Counted from the stretch's first letter, positions 40,321 through 50,357 are shown. The stretch is 64,000 bases of DNA from Patescibacteria group bacterium (GCA_049322215.1 JBMORU010000001.1:644023-708022), one strand, 5' to 3'. Numbers and translations are program-made. Notes: generated from the sequence alone by a model not told the origin.

Positions 40321-42066
40321 ATGAAGAAAAAACACTATTCAAATGAAGAAATAATAGATGTTCTAAGAGAAACACTCGCCGCAATGGAGGTTAAAGAGGT
40401 AAACCGCTTTAGAATTCGTGCTTATCAAAATGCCATAGATGCAATAGAAAACCTTACTTCAAGTGTTTACGACCTATGGGAAAAGGGAACCCTAAGTACT
40501 GTTAATGGTATAGGGGCAACGTTATCTCAGCATCTTAATGAACTTTTTACTACAGGTAGTGTAAAAGATTTCACAAATATTAAAAAGGACTTGCCTGACG
40601 GTATGTTTGGTTTGCTGGTTTTGCGCGGTGTTGGTGCTAAAACAGCTTATAAATTGGCAAATGCCTTTGATATAAACAAAAGAGAAAATGCCTTAGATAC
40701 TGTGAAAAAGGCTGCACAAGCAAATAAAATACAGTTATTGCCGGGATTTGGAGAAAAGTCTGAAAAAGACATATTAAACGCAATAGAAGAGGCTAAGGAG
40801 CATAAATCGGTACGGCAACGGTTATTGCTACCTCATGCAGAAGAGATATCCCAGCGCGTAATAACGCATTTAAAAAAGTCAGACGCTATAGTTAAAATAG
40901 ATGTTTTAGGTTCGCAGCGTCGCCGAGAAGATACAGTTGGCGATCTAGATTTAGCTGTAATAACAACAAATCCAGAGGAAGCAATTTTGCACTTCCTGGA
41001 ATTTCCTGAAATAAAAGAAGTTGACTCAAAGGGGGAAAAAAAAGCTTCTGTGATACTTACGAATGGCGTTCAGGTAGATCTGCGTGTTTCTACTGAGGCT
41101 GCCTATGGTGCTATGCTTCAGTACTTCACGGGAAATAAGCAGCACAATGTGTTGTTGCGTAGTTTAGCACTAGAGCAAAAAAAGTCTTTGTCTGAGTATG
41201 GAATAAAAATAAACGGGAATATTAAGGAATTTCCTGATGAAGAAAGCTTTTATACAGAACTTGGTTTGCCCTATATTCCTCCTGAATTGCGTCAAGGGGA
41301 CGAAGAAATAGAATTTGCGCAAAAAAATAAACTACCCAACTTAGTAAATCTGTCTGATATTAAAGGTGATTTACATACGCATACAACATACTCCGATGGT
41401 ACAGCTCAACTTCCTGAGATGGTAGAAAAAGCTATTGCGCTTGGGTATAAGTACATTGGTATTACAGATCATGCACCAAGTGTTCAGAGCAGAGGCAGAT
41501 ACGATGTTTTAGGCATAATAGAGGCCAGAAAGAGAGAAATAGAACAAATAAATAGTTCACAAAGTAGCATACGAGTACTATTTGGGTACGAAATTAACAT
41601 TTTAAAGGATGCCTCTATATCTTTACCTGAAGATATTGTTGCCCAGCTAGATTATGCGATTGGCGCAATACATACGTCTATGGATCAAAGCAAAGATGAG
41701 ATCACAAAAAGGCTAGTTGCTGCGCTAGAGCATCCGCATATAAATATAATTGCACATCCATCTGGCAGACTATTAAATCAAAGAAACTCCTACGAGGTAG
41801 ATTGGGATGTTGTTTTAGATGCTGCAAAAGCCAATAAAAAAATACTCGAAATTGATGCCCAACCAAGTAGGCGTGATTTAGCTTATGATTTGGTTAAGCG
41901 AGCAAGAAAAATGGATATAAAGCTAAGCATTGATACAGATGCGCACTCAGTTTTAGATATGGAACTAATGCCTTATGGAATTGATGTTGCACGTAGAGGT
42001 TGGTGTGAAGCTAAGGACATAATTAATACCTATGATCTAGACAGCTTTTTAAAGCTATTGGGTTAA
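40321..42066 (+). CDS. polX: Family X DNA polymerase with C-terminal PHP domain (PolX)
   Basis: N-terminal HhH/Pol-beta-like region (GIGATLSQHL, GVGAKTAYKL). Nucleotidyltransferase segment GSQRRREDTVGDLDLAV. PHP motifs (GDLHTHTTYSDG, ITDHAP). Confidence 0.8.
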   Translation: MKKKHYSNEEIIDVLRETLAAMEVKEVNRFRIRAYQNAIDAIENLTSSVYDLWEKGTLSTVNGIGATLSQHLNELFTTGSVKDFTNIKKDLPDGMFGLLVLRGVGAKTAYKLANAFDINKRENALDTVKKAAQANKIQLLPGFGEKSEKDILNAIEEAKEHKSVRQRLLLPHAEEISQRVITHLKKSDAIVKIDVLGSQRRREDTVGDLDLAVITTNPEEAILHFLEFPEIKEVDSKGEKKASVILTNGVQVDLRVSTEAAYGAMLQYFTGNKQHNVLLRSLALEQKKSLSEYGIKINGNIKEFPDEESFYTELGLPYIPPELRQGDEEIEFAQKNKLPNLVNLSDIKGDLHTHTTYSDGTAQLPEMVEKAIALGYKYIGITDHAPSVQSRGRYDVLGIIEARKREIEQINSSQSSIRVLFGYEINILKDASISLPEDIVAQLDYAIGAIHTSMDQSKDEITKRLVAALEHPHINIIAHPSGRLLNQRNSYEVDWDVVLDAAKANKKILEIDAQPSRRDLAYDLVKRARKMDIKLSIDTDAHSVLDMELMPYGIDVARRGWCEAKDIINTYDLDSFLKLLG

Positions 42067-42113
42067 TAATTTGCTATCATTTACTTAAGTTTATAAGTTG
42101 AAAGGAAAAACTT

Positions 42114-42401
42114 ATGTCAGAAGAAGGTTTTAATATGGAACAAATGGCAGATTTTTCGGCAGAAGAAGCTACTGAGGATTCTGATTTCGAGGGCGTAGAA
42201 CTATCAGATGCTGATATAGCATCGTTAAACGAAAAAGAAGAATTACTTACAGAGAGTATGGCTTCCCTAAATGAAAAAGAAGAAATGACTTCACCAAAGT
42301 CTGGTTTAAGCAGCGAAGCTCCAAACTGGATGCATACCGACGAAGCCTATGAGCAAGAAGAACAAGGTGATGATTATGTTGAACCTAAAGGATATAACTA
42401 G
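42114..42401 (+). CDS. Hypothetical acidic protein with internal SLNEKEE tandem repeat
   Basis: 95 aa. Highly acidic. The direct repeat ASLNEKEELL / ASLNEKEEMT is visible at both DNA and protein level. Confidence 0.35.
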   Translation: MSEEGFNMEQMADFSAEEATEDSDFEGVELSDADIASLNEKEELLTESMASLNEKEEMTSPKSGLSSEAPNWMHTDEAYEQEEQGDDYVEPKGYN

Positions 42402-42422
42402 TATTTATTTTAAGGAGGAAAT

Positions 42423-42980
42423 GTGCCTTATTTAGCACTTTTGGCCGTAGTAGTTGTTATAGCGCTCTACGTCCTTTCTATATATAACACTCTTGCCAAG
42501 CTTAGAGTTCAAATAAAAGAAGCTTGGAGTGGTATTGATGTTCAGTTAAAGCGTCGTGCTGATTTAATACCTAATTTAGTAGAAACTGTAAAAGGCTATG
42601 CTTCTCATGAAAAAGAAGTATTTGAGAATGTGACAAAAGCCCGTTCTGCCTTAATGAGTGCAGGAAGCGTGCAGGAAGCGCAAGATGCTGAAAACATGCT
42701 TAGCGGAGCATTAAAAACGCTATTTGCTGTAGCAGAAGCTTATCCTGACCTTAAAGCTTCAGACAACTTTAAGCAGCTACAAAGCGATTTAACCGATACA
42801 GAGGACAAGTTAGCATACGCACGCCAGTTTTATAACTCAGTTGTGCGCGACTTTAACAGTAAAATAGTAACTTTCCCAAATAGTGTAATTGCAGGAATGT
42901 TTGGATTTACACAAGAAACATTCTTTGAAGCTGGGGAAGAGGATAAAGGCCCGGTAAAGGTTAGCTTTGGTTCCAACTAA
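42423..42980 (+). CDS. lemA: LemA family protein
   Basis: GTG start preceded by AAGGAGG. N-terminal TM followed by a typical LemA sequence ([55 protein letters not shown]). Confidence 0.75.
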   Translation: MPYLALLAVVVVIALYVLSIYNTLAKLRVQIKEAWSGIDVQLKRRADLIPNLVETVKGYASHEKEVFENVTKARSALMSAGSVQEAQDAENMLSGALKTLFAVAEAYPDLKASDNFKQLQSDLTDTEDKLAYARQFYNSVVRDFNSKIVTFPNSVIAGMFGFTQETFFEAGEEDKGPVKVSFGSN

Positions 42981-43007
42981 ATAATCTACTATTAAACCTA
43001 AATAAAC

Positions 43008-43032
43008 AAAAGACCCTTACTATGGGTCTTTT
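43008..43032 (+). terminator. Putative intrinsic terminator after lemA
   Basis: Hairpin AAAAGACCC-ttactat-GGGTCTTTT. Its T-rich 3' arm partly overlaps a TATAAT-like box for the next gene. Confidence 0.4.
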
Positions 43033-43088
43033 GTGCTATAATATGCCAACTTACAAAACCAAATAATTCCTTTAAAAGGAGAGAAAAA

Positions 43089-43439
43089 ATGAAACCGAAA
43101 CGAACGCTAATCCTCGGGCTTGCTTTATTATTAGGGTTTTTGCTCGCAACAGGCTACGTGGTTAAGAAAAACACGCGTGTACCCGCTTGGACCCAAACCG
43201 AGCGAAATGTATGGCTAAGATTGGGAGATGCTTCTGGCCCTGGCATAGTAGCTGCGCGATATCAACACGCGGTAGGTAAATCCTGGACAGTTACATTTGG
43301 CGTTTTGGGCATGGAGTTAAATGTTGGTATAAGCAATATGGATATTTACAGTGGTTCAGGTAACTTAGTGCGTAAAGCCCATGTTCCAGACGTCAGCTTT
43401 ACAAACTGGTACAAGCTAAATAGACGTCCTGCCCCGTAA
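43089..43439 (+). CDS. Small secreted hypothetical protein (GC-rich gene)
   Basis: AAAGGAG RBS and signal peptide (MKPKRTLILGLALLLGFLLATGYVV). G+C visibly higher than neighbouring genes. Confidence 0.4.
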   Translation: MKPKRTLILGLALLLGFLLATGYVVKKNTRVPAWTQTERNVWLRLGDASGPGIVAARYQHAVGKSWTVTFGVLGMELNVGISNMDIYSGSGNLVRKAHVPDVSFTNWYKLNRRPAP

Positions 43440-43539
43440 CCTTATTTATTTGGGTATATTTGTTGGCTTCATTTTTGACTCCAATACATATGCCCTTTTT
43501 TTATCTAACTTATATCAAAATTAGTGATAAAATCTATGT

Positions 43540-44433
43540 ATGGCAACTATTTATACTCACATTAATCAAAACAAGCGAGACACCATAATTATAATAACTA
43601 TGTTTATTGGTGTTATTGCAGCACTTGGTTGGTTAGTTGGTGAATTGTATTTTCAAGGTGGGGGAGTACCGTTTATTGGTTTTGCGTTAATCATTTCAGG
43701 TATCACATCTTTTATTAGTTACTACAACTCTGACAAAATAGTTTTAGCTATATCTGGTGCAAAGGAGGTAACAGAGCAACAAAGTCCCTATCTACATAAT
43801 TTAGTGGGAAATTTGTGCATAGGCGCAGGATTACCAAAACCCAGAATATACATGATTAATGATTCCGCTATGAATGCCTTTGCTACCGGTAGAGATCCCG
43901 AGCATGGAGTGATTTGCTTTACCACAGGAATAGTTGAAAAGCTTGATAAGCTTGAACTAGAAGGTGTTATAGCGCACGAGCTTTCACACATAGGTAATTA
44001 TGATATAAGGCTATTGTCTATTGTAAGTGTTTTAGTTGGAACAATAACTTTAATTGTTGATTGGGTAACACGTGGATTTTTATATGGAGGGCGCCGTTCA
44101 AGAGATAATGGAGCTAACGGAATTATTCTATTAATTGGTTTTGTATTTTTAATACTAAGTCCTATTATTGCAACTTTAATAAAACTTGCAGTTAGTCGGA
44201 ATCGTGAATATTTGGCAGACGCTTCAGGGTCGTTACTTACGCGTTATCCTGATGGTTTAGCTAGTGCTTTAGAGAAAATAGCGGCTGACAACGAAGTTTT
44301 AGAAGCAGCAAACGGTGCTACAGCCCATTTATACATATCAAATCCTTTAAAAAACAAACGCAGTGCTTTTTCTAACTTGTTTAATACGCATCCACCTGTA
44401 GAGGAACGCATTAAACGTTTACGTGAAATGTGA
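43540..44433 (+). CDS. htpX: Zinc metalloprotease HtpX (peptidase M48)
   Basis: TM segments, HELSHIGNYD (HExxH) and downstream E (NREYLADASG). Typical LemA-HtpX neighbourhood. Confidence 0.8.
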   Translation: MATIYTHINQNKRDTIIIITMFIGVIAALGWLVGELYFQGGGVPFIGFALIISGITSFISYYNSDKIVLAISGAKEVTEQQSPYLHNLVGNLCIGAGLPKPRIYMINDSAMNAFATGRDPEHGVICFTTGIVEKLDKLELEGVIAHELSHIGNYDIRLLSIVSVLVGTITLIVDWVTRGFLYGGRRSRDNGANGIILLIGFVFLILSPIIATLIKLAVSRNREYLADASGSLLTRYPDGLASALEKIAADNEVLEAANGATAHLYISNPLKNKRSAFSNLFNTHPPVEERIKRLREM

Positions 44434-44485
44434 AAAATGGCAGTTGAGCTTGAATTTATTGAATAATCGATTAAGATTTACAAGT

Positions 44486-44782
44486 ATGAATAGAAAAGTC
44501 ATTTCTACCGAAGAAGTTGAATACATAGCTAAACTAAGTAATTTGTCTCTATCAAAAAGCGAAATTGAAGAATTTTCCAAACTACTTACCGATACCTTAT
44601 CTTACATTGATGTTTTAGAGGAATTAGATACATCAAACATCGCGGGTACTTATCAGGTAACTGGACTTACAAATGTATTTCAAACTGATAATAATGCAAC
44701 TCTCACGCATGAAGAGGCTTTATTTAATGCAAATAAGGAAATTAACGGTATGTTTGTCACTGACGCCGTTTTTGACAGATAA
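44486..44782 (+). CDS. gatC: Asp/Glu-tRNA(Asn/Gln) amidotransferase subunit C
   Basis: ~98 aa (MNRKVISTEEVEYIAKLSNLSLSKSEIEEFSKLL...) directly before gatA. Start chosen at ATG 44486 rather than the track's 44423. Confidence 0.75.
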   Translation: MNRKVISTEEVEYIAKLSNLSLSKSEIEEFSKLLTDTLSYIDVLEELDTSNIAGTYQVTGLTNVFQTDNNATLTHEEALFNANKEINGMFVTDAVFDR

Positions 44783-46254
44783 TGAGCCAAAACCTAAATG
44801 AACTAAACTTAATAGATGCTGTAGAAGGTTTAAAAAAGGGTGATTTTACAAGTTTTTCTCTTGTAGAAGCTTGTTATGATGCTATCGATAGCTATGACAC
44901 TAGCCTAAAAGCTTTTTTAAATTTGTGTAAAGATAGTGCTTTTAAAGAAGCAAAAAAAGCTGACGATTTGATAGCCTCAGAAGGTTCAAGTGCTTTTGAA
45001 AACAAACCTCTGCTGGGAATTCCCTATGCCAGTAAGGATAATTTTTCTACAAAGGGTGTTGAAACTACTGCTTCTTCAAACATATTAAAAGGTTATATCC
45101 CACCATATGAATCTACAGTTACAAAAAGACTAAACAAGGCCGGCGCAATTTTGCTAGGCAAAACTAACATGGATGCCTTTGCGCATGGATCTTCTACAGA
45201 AACTTCAGACTTTGGGTCAAGTTACAACCCTTGGGATATTAATTATGTACCTGGGGGTTCCTCTGGAGGATCAGCAGTTGCTACCGCAGCTGACATGTGT
45301 ATTTTCTCTATTGGTAGTGAAACGGCAGGAAGTATTAGGGGTCCTGCAAGCTGGTGCGGTGTAACAGGTCTTAAACCTACATATGGAAGAGTAAGTAGGT
45401 ATGGAGTAATTGCTATGGCTTCTTCAACAGATTCTCCTGGACCTATAACAAAAACTGCATTAGACTCAGCTTATGTTTTACAAGTTATAGCAGGAAAAGA
45501 CAAATACGATGCAACAAGCTCATTTTTGCACGTTGATCCTTACGTACAAAAAGCTGAAAGCTTTACTTTAAAAGGAAAAAAAATTGGCTTGCTAAACCCA
45601 TATTTTGTTAAAGAAATGCGCCAGGATATAAAAGACTTAATTATGAAATCTATTGATGTTTTAAAAAACCAAGGCGCAGAAATTATTGAAATAAATGATC
45701 TTATTGATCCTAAATATTCTATAGCCGTTTACACTATTATTCAGCGTTCAGAAGTTTCATCTAATTTGGCTCGTTTTACAGGTGTTCGCTATGGGCATTC
45801 TCGTGATTCCTTTGGACACGAAGCTAAAAAGCGCATGATGCTTGGAGCTTACGCTTTAAGTGCCGGCTATTACGACCAGTATTATGCTAAAGCACAGAAA
45901 GTTAGAACAATGATAGTAAATGATTTTGACACAGCCTTAAGTAATGTTGATTTGTTAGTTGCACCAACATTACATGATGTTGCACAAAAAACTGGTACTG
46001 CTAGCTCATCTCCTTTATTTGGTGAATTAATGGACATGCTAACTGAGCCTAGTTCAATTGCTGGTTTAACAGCTATTTCTATTCCTTGTGGAGCAGTTTC
46101 AAGTTCATCGGGTTCTAAACTACCTGTTGGGCTTCAGTTTATGGGTGCGCGTTTTTCAGAATCTACGGTTTTAGGTGCCGCGCATCAATTTCAAAAGGTT
46201 ACATCATTTCATACTGATAAGCCTGATTTAAGTAAAATTAAGGAGGGAAAATGA
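44782..46254 (+). CDS. gatA: Glutamyl-tRNA(Gln) amidotransferase subunit A (amidase signature family)
   Basis: Amidase signature GGSSGGSAVATAADMC plus the catalytic Ser-cisSer-Lys region. 490 aa. Confidence 0.9.
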   Translation: MSQNLNELNLIDAVEGLKKGDFTSFSLVEACYDAIDSYDTSLKAFLNLCKDSAFKEAKKADDLIASEGSSAFENKPLLGIPYASKDNFSTKGVETTASSNILKGYIPPYESTVTKRLNKAGAILLGKTNMDAFAHGSSTETSDFGSSYNPWDINYVPGGSSGGSAVATAADMCIFSIGSETAGSIRGPASWCGVTGLKPTYGRVSRYGVIAMASSTDSPGPITKTALDSAYVLQVIAGKDKYDATSSFLHVDPYVQKAESFTLKGKKIGLLNPYFVKEMRQDIKDLIMKSIDVLKNQGAEIIEINDLIDPKYSIAVYTIIQRSEVSSNLARFTGVRYGHSRDSFGHEAKKRMMLGAYALSAGYYDQYYAKAQKVRTMIVNDFDTALSNVDLLVAPTLHDVAQKTGTASSSPLFGELMDMLTEPSSIAGLTAISIPCGAVSSSSGSKLPVGLQFMGARFSESTVLGAAHQFQKVTSFHTDKPDLSKIKEGK

Positions 46255-46646
46255 ATTTTCTACTAAAATTACTTGGTTTAGATAAACTTTTTAAAGGTCC
46301 CGCACGTGTTTCAATGCACTCTGTAGAAAAAATACAAAGAGATTGGGAAAGAATTGGTCAGCAAGTAGCTGGGGGTACCCCCAGCCAATTGCGTCAAGCA
46401 GTTATAACCGCAGATAAAACACTAGATAACGCATTAAGAGATTTAGTTGAGGGGGAAACTATGGGCGAAAGGCTAAAAAATGCCCGACATTTGTATGAGG
46501 CTGATCTTTATGACACTATTTGGAAAGCCCATAAACTCCGCAATTCGTTAGTTCATGAAACAGACTTTGAACCACCACATCATGTATTAGAAAAAAGAAT
46601 TCGCGTTTTTAGAGAAGCACTTAAGGAAATTGGAGTAAAAGTTTAA
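46251..46646 (+). CDS. HEPN-like (HepT/DUF86-like R-x4-H motif) small protein inserted between gatA and gatB
   Basis: 131 aa, predicted all-helical. C-terminal KLRNSLVHETDF matches the HEPN R-x4-H RNase motif (HepT consensus RN...HEY). ATGA overlap with the gatA stop and TAATG overlap with the gatB start. Confidence 0.45.
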   Translation: MNFLLKLLGLDKLFKGPARVSMHSVEKIQRDWERIGQQVAGGTPSQLRQAVITADKTLDNALRDLVEGETMGERLKNARHLYEADLYDTIWKAHKLRNSLVHETDFEPPHHVLEKRIRVFREALKEIGVKV

Positions 46647-47968
46647 TGCCTCAAAATATCTTAGGGAATTACAAATTAGTTTTAGGTTTAGAAATCCACA
46701 TACACGTGAACACTGAAAGAAAAATGTTTTGTGGTTGTGAGGCAAAGTTTTATGGCGAAAAACCTAACACACATGCATGCCCTGTATGCTTAGGTCTTCC
46801 CGGCGCTCTTCCCGTTCCAAATTTAGAAGCTATAAAAAAAACACAGTTGTTGGGATTAGCCTTAAATTGCCAATTACGGGAAGATTCAAAGTTTGATAGA
46901 AAACACTATTTTTATCCCGACTTACCTAAAGGATATCAAATTAGCCAGTATAAAGAACCTCTGTGTGAAAATGGTTTTATGGAATTACCGTCAGGGGAAA
47001 GAGCAGAAATTGAGCGCATTCACTTAGAAGAAGACACTGCTAAATCTATGCACGAAGGTAACAAAACGTTAATTGACTTTAATAAATCAGGAATGCCTTT
47101 AATGGAACTTGTAACTCAACCTTGTTTTACATCAGTAGAAGATGCGGTTTATTTTGCCAGAAAAATACGAGATATTGCACGCCATTTAGGTGTTAGCGAT
47201 GCTGATATGGAAAAAGGGCAAATGCGTATTGAACCAAACATTTCACTACGTACTGCAGAAATGGAAACAAAGAATGAACTGCCAGACTACAAAGTTGAGG
47301 TAAAAAATATAAATTCATTCAAATTTATGGAAAAAGCTGTAATTTCTGAAATAAAACGCCAAAAGAAAGCCTTAGAAGAAGGTATAGTATTGAAACAGGA
47401 AAACAGAGGCTATGATGAAAATAGTAATTCAACAAAAGCACAAAGAAGTAAAGAAGATGCTAAAGATTACAGATATTTTCCAGAACCCGATATTCCTCCT
47501 TTAGAGTTTTCGGAAGAATATTTTGAAGAATTAAAAGAAATACTTCCCGAGCTTCCTGATGAAATAAGAGAGAAACTCATTAACAAATATGCTTTACCCG
47601 ATCAATATGCAGATGAACTTATAAAAGGTGAAAATATTAGCCTTTTACAAAAGTTTGAGGAATTAGTAGTAGAAAACATAGAACCTCAAAAAGTTGCTAA
47701 TCTCTTACTAAATAAAAAAGAGATGCGCGACTTATCTTCAGAAGAATTCAAAGCTGCTATTGCTGAAATGGAAGATAAAGTAGATGATGCAGATGCCCTA
47801 GAAAAACTTGTTATTGAAACCCTTAGTGAAAACAAAAAAGCAGTTGAAGACTTCAAAAACGGAAAAGATAGTGTACTTCAGTTTTTGCTGGGGATGGTTA
47901 TGAAAAAAACAAAAGGTAAAGCTGACCCCAAATTAACCATGCAGCTACTCAAATCTAAATTAGCATAG
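46646..47968 (+). CDS. gatB: Asp/Glu-tRNA amidotransferase subunit B
   Basis: GLEIHIHVNTERKMFCGCEAKF..HACPVCLGLPGALPV is a near-invariant GatB N-terminus. C-terminal GatB/YqeY domain. Confidence 0.9.
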   Translation: MPQNILGNYKLVLGLEIHIHVNTERKMFCGCEAKFYGEKPNTHACPVCLGLPGALPVPNLEAIKKTQLLGLALNCQLREDSKFDRKHYFYPDLPKGYQISQYKEPLCENGFMELPSGERAEIERIHLEEDTAKSMHEGNKTLIDFNKSGMPLMELVTQPCFTSVEDAVYFARKIRDIARHLGVSDADMEKGQMRIEPNISLRTAEMETKNELPDYKVEVKNINSFKFMEKAVISEIKRQKKALEEGIVLKQENRGYDENSNSTKAQRSKEDAKDYRYFPEPDIPPLEFSEEYFEELKEILPELPDEIREKLINKYALPDQYADELIKGENISLLQKFEELVVENIEPQKVANLLLNKKEMRDLSSEEFKAAIAEMEDKVDDADALEKLVIETLSENKKAVEDFKNGKDSVLQFLLGMVMKKTKGKADPKLTMQLLKSKLA

Positions 47969-48012
47969 ATTCTCAACTAGTAATCGTTTGATACAATATG
48001 TAAACTTCATTT

Positions 48013-49833
48013 ATGGACTTAAAATTCGATCCGGAAAATCCAAAATTTGAATATATAACCACTGGTGATAGGGCAGTTGAAGCTTTAAAAGAGCTTGATA
48101 AGCATAGCATTCTAGGGGTTGACGTAGAATCGTCCGGTTTAGATCCTTACACTTCTAAGCTTTTACTACTCCAAGTAGGTACTGATACTGTAAGTTACAT
48201 TTTTGATACGCGCGAGTTAAATATGCGCGAATTTCCGCTTTTAAAAACAATGCTTGAAGACAAATCAAAGATGAAAATTTTACAAAATGCTAAATTTGAC
48301 TACGGATTTTTAAAAGTAAAGTGTGGTATTGAAACAGACAATATTTTTGACACAATGCTGGCAGAGCAGGTTTTAAGAGCAGGTTTGGCTGCAAAATCAG
48401 GTTTGGGAGCTTTAGCTACTCGTTATATTGGTGAAGGCACTATAGACAAAGCTTTGCAAAAGTCTTTTATTAACCAAATGGGGCGTATAAGCGTAGATCA
48501 ACTCAAATACGCTGCACTTGATACACTCATTCTGTTTCCTATTTTCGAAAAGCAAGCGCAGTTATTAAAAAAAGAAGGTTTAATTAAAATCGCCAAGTTA
48601 GAATTTGCTGTTACAAGAGTTGTGGCAGAAATGGAACTAAAGGGAATTTATATTGATCAAAAGAAATGGCGTGATATTTTAAAGAACTTAAGTAAGCGTC
48701 GCGAATCTTTGGCTCAGGAATTTCAAGATGCAATAAGACCTTACTATGAGTACTCGCAACAGGATCTTTTTGGCAATATGGCCGATGCAATAAATATGAA
48801 TAGTCAAGTACAATTGTTGGATTTATTCAACAACCGTCTAAATCTTAATATTCCTTCCACTGGCGATGGGATTTTAGCTACAGTGAACCATCCCTTGGTT
48901 AAGTTATTAAGAGATTATCGTGGCTATGAAAAGCTTTTATCTGCGTTTGGTGAGTCTTTGCTAGAAAAAATTAATCCTGTTACACATAGAATTCATCCGG
49001 ATTTTAGGCAGTTAGGCGCAGCAACCGGTCGTTTCGCGTGTTCAAATCCAAACTTGCAACAAATACCTAGAAATTCCGAAGAGGCTCCCTTTAGAGAGTG
49101 TTTTAACCCTGAAGAGGGTTACGACTTTGTTGTTGCAGACTACTCTTCATTTGAAATGCGTATTTTAGCAGACTTGTCTGGAGATGAAACATTTATAAAT
49201 GCATTAAGAGAAGGTTTAGATATGCACTCTTATACTGCTGCACTAATGTTTGGTTTGCCTTACGACGAAATTAAAGAAAACCATAAAGACAAGCGGCAAG
49301 CAGCAAAGGCTCTTGGATTTGGCCTAATGTATGGCATGGGTCCTATGGGTTTAGCTGGTAGATTAGGAATTAGTAAAGAGGAAGGTCAAGAATATATGGA
49401 CAGGTATTTTGGTGCATATCCAGGAGTACGTAAGTTTTTAGATGGAATGGCCAGTGATGCGTTGAAAAACGGTTGGAGTAGCACTCCTGCGGGTAGAAAG
49501 CGTTGGTATAATCGCCCTGATAAGTCGGATCCGGACTATAGAAAGAAAATTGGAAATATTGGTCGGCAGGCTAAAAATCACCCAATTCAAGGTACTAATG
49601 CTGATGCAGTAAAGTATGCGTTGGTGTTTTTACATGACCGTTTAAAAAAGGAAAAGGTTGATGGTGCCATTACGCATACAGTTCATGATGAAGTAGTATG
49701 TGAGGTAAGAGAAGATCAGGCAGAAGATTGGTCAGTGATTCAACAAGAAGAAATGGTAAGAGCAGGTGAATTGTTTATAAAAAATGTCCCCGTAATTTCT
49801 GACCCATTTATCGGAAAAGTTTGGGAGCATTAA
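48013..49833 (+). CDS. polA: Family A DNA polymerase (Pol I, Klenow-like: 3'-5' exonuclease + polymerase, no 5'-nuclease domain)
   Basis: Exo motifs (LGVDVESSGLD, YAALD). Polymerase motif A (DYSSFEMRILA), motif B (RQAAKALGFGLMYGMG) and motif C (HDEVVCEV). Only 606 aa. Confidence 0.85.
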   Translation: MDLKFDPENPKFEYITTGDRAVEALKELDKHSILGVDVESSGLDPYTSKLLLLQVGTDTVSYIFDTRELNMREFPLLKTMLEDKSKMKILQNAKFDYGFLKVKCGIETDNIFDTMLAEQVLRAGLAAKSGLGALATRYIGEGTIDKALQKSFINQMGRISVDQLKYAALDTLILFPIFEKQAQLLKKEGLIKIAKLEFAVTRVVAEMELKGIYIDQKKWRDILKNLSKRRESLAQEFQDAIRPYYEYSQQDLFGNMADAINMNSQVQLLDLFNNRLNLNIPSTGDGILATVNHPLVKLLRDYRGYEKLLSAFGESLLEKINPVTHRIHPDFRQLGAATGRFACSNPNLQQIPRNSEEAPFRECFNPEEGYDFVVADYSSFEMRILADLSGDETFINALREGLDMHSYTAALMFGLPYDEIKENHKDKRQAAKALGFGLMYGMGPMGLAGRLGISKEEGQEYMDRYFGAYPGVRKFLDGMASDALKNGWSSTPAGRKRWYNRPDKSDPDYRKKIGNIGRQAKNHPIQGTNADAVKYALVFLHDRLKKEKVDGAITHTVHDEVVCEVREDQAEDWSVIQQEEMVRAGELFIKNVPVISDPFIGKVWEH

Positions 49834-49848
49834 TAATGACCTATAGTG

Positions 49849-49877
49849 TTGAAATTCTCCCGTGTCCCTGTTATAAT
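49849..49877 (+). promoter_or_regulatory. Near-consensus sigma70-type promoter (TTGAAA-17-TATAAT) for the 49915 gene
   Basis: TTGAAA at 49849-49854 and TATAAT at 49872-49877 with a 17-nt spacer. AAAGGAG RBS follows ~8 nt before GTG 49915. Confidence 0.45.
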
Positions 49878-49914
49878 AACCCAACATCTAATAACTAATA
49901 AAAAGGAGTTCCTC

Positions 49915-50241
49915 GTGACCCAAGTAACCGATGAAATTAGCATTACGCTTCGCTCAGCAAAAGAAAGAGAACAACGATTATCCCAGATTCCGGTTTTAAC
50001 AAATGCCTTTCGGGAAAAATTTCTTAAAGCTTGCCGTTGCCTTGAACAAGATCCACGTTCCCTTACGGTGATTGCGGTTGCCCAAGAACTTACAGAAGTT
50101 TATAAGCTCATGGGTAACATTTTGGCACCAGCGCTCTTGAAGTTCCCTGTGATTGAGTGTCTAGTTAAAGAGGAAGAAAAAGTTCCAGCTATTAAAGCTC
50201 TTCTCACCGCCTATTTGCAACACGAATTTTCTCGCAAATAA
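49915..50241 (+). CDS. Hypothetical helical protein (~109 aa from GTG), GC-rich gene with its own promoter
   Basis: RBS AAAGGAG then GTG (VTQVTDEISITL...). Cys-containing (CRCLE..IEC). G+C above background. Sits directly upstream of the ClpE-like gene. Confidence 0.35.
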   Translation: MTQVTDEISITLRSAKEREQRLSQIPVLTNAFREKFLKACRCLEQDPRSLTVIAVAQELTEVYKLMGNILAPALLKFPVIECLVKEEEKVPAIKALLTAYLQHEFSRK

Positions 50242-50357
50242 GCCTTTATGCACTATAATATGGACATCATTTTTCCTTGTTATAGTGCTTTTTTCTTGCT
50301 TAAAATCTACCAATAGCAGTTGCTTTACGTGACTGCTAAGTATGCTACAATATTTTC

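Noticed and set aside
50242-50357. CtsR operator upstream of the ClpE-like gene
   Set aside because: A 7-bp inverted repeat (TAGCAGT...ACTGCTA) is present. The CtsR heptad direct repeat (GGTCAAA-n-GGTCAAA) is not, and no ctsR gene is nearby.
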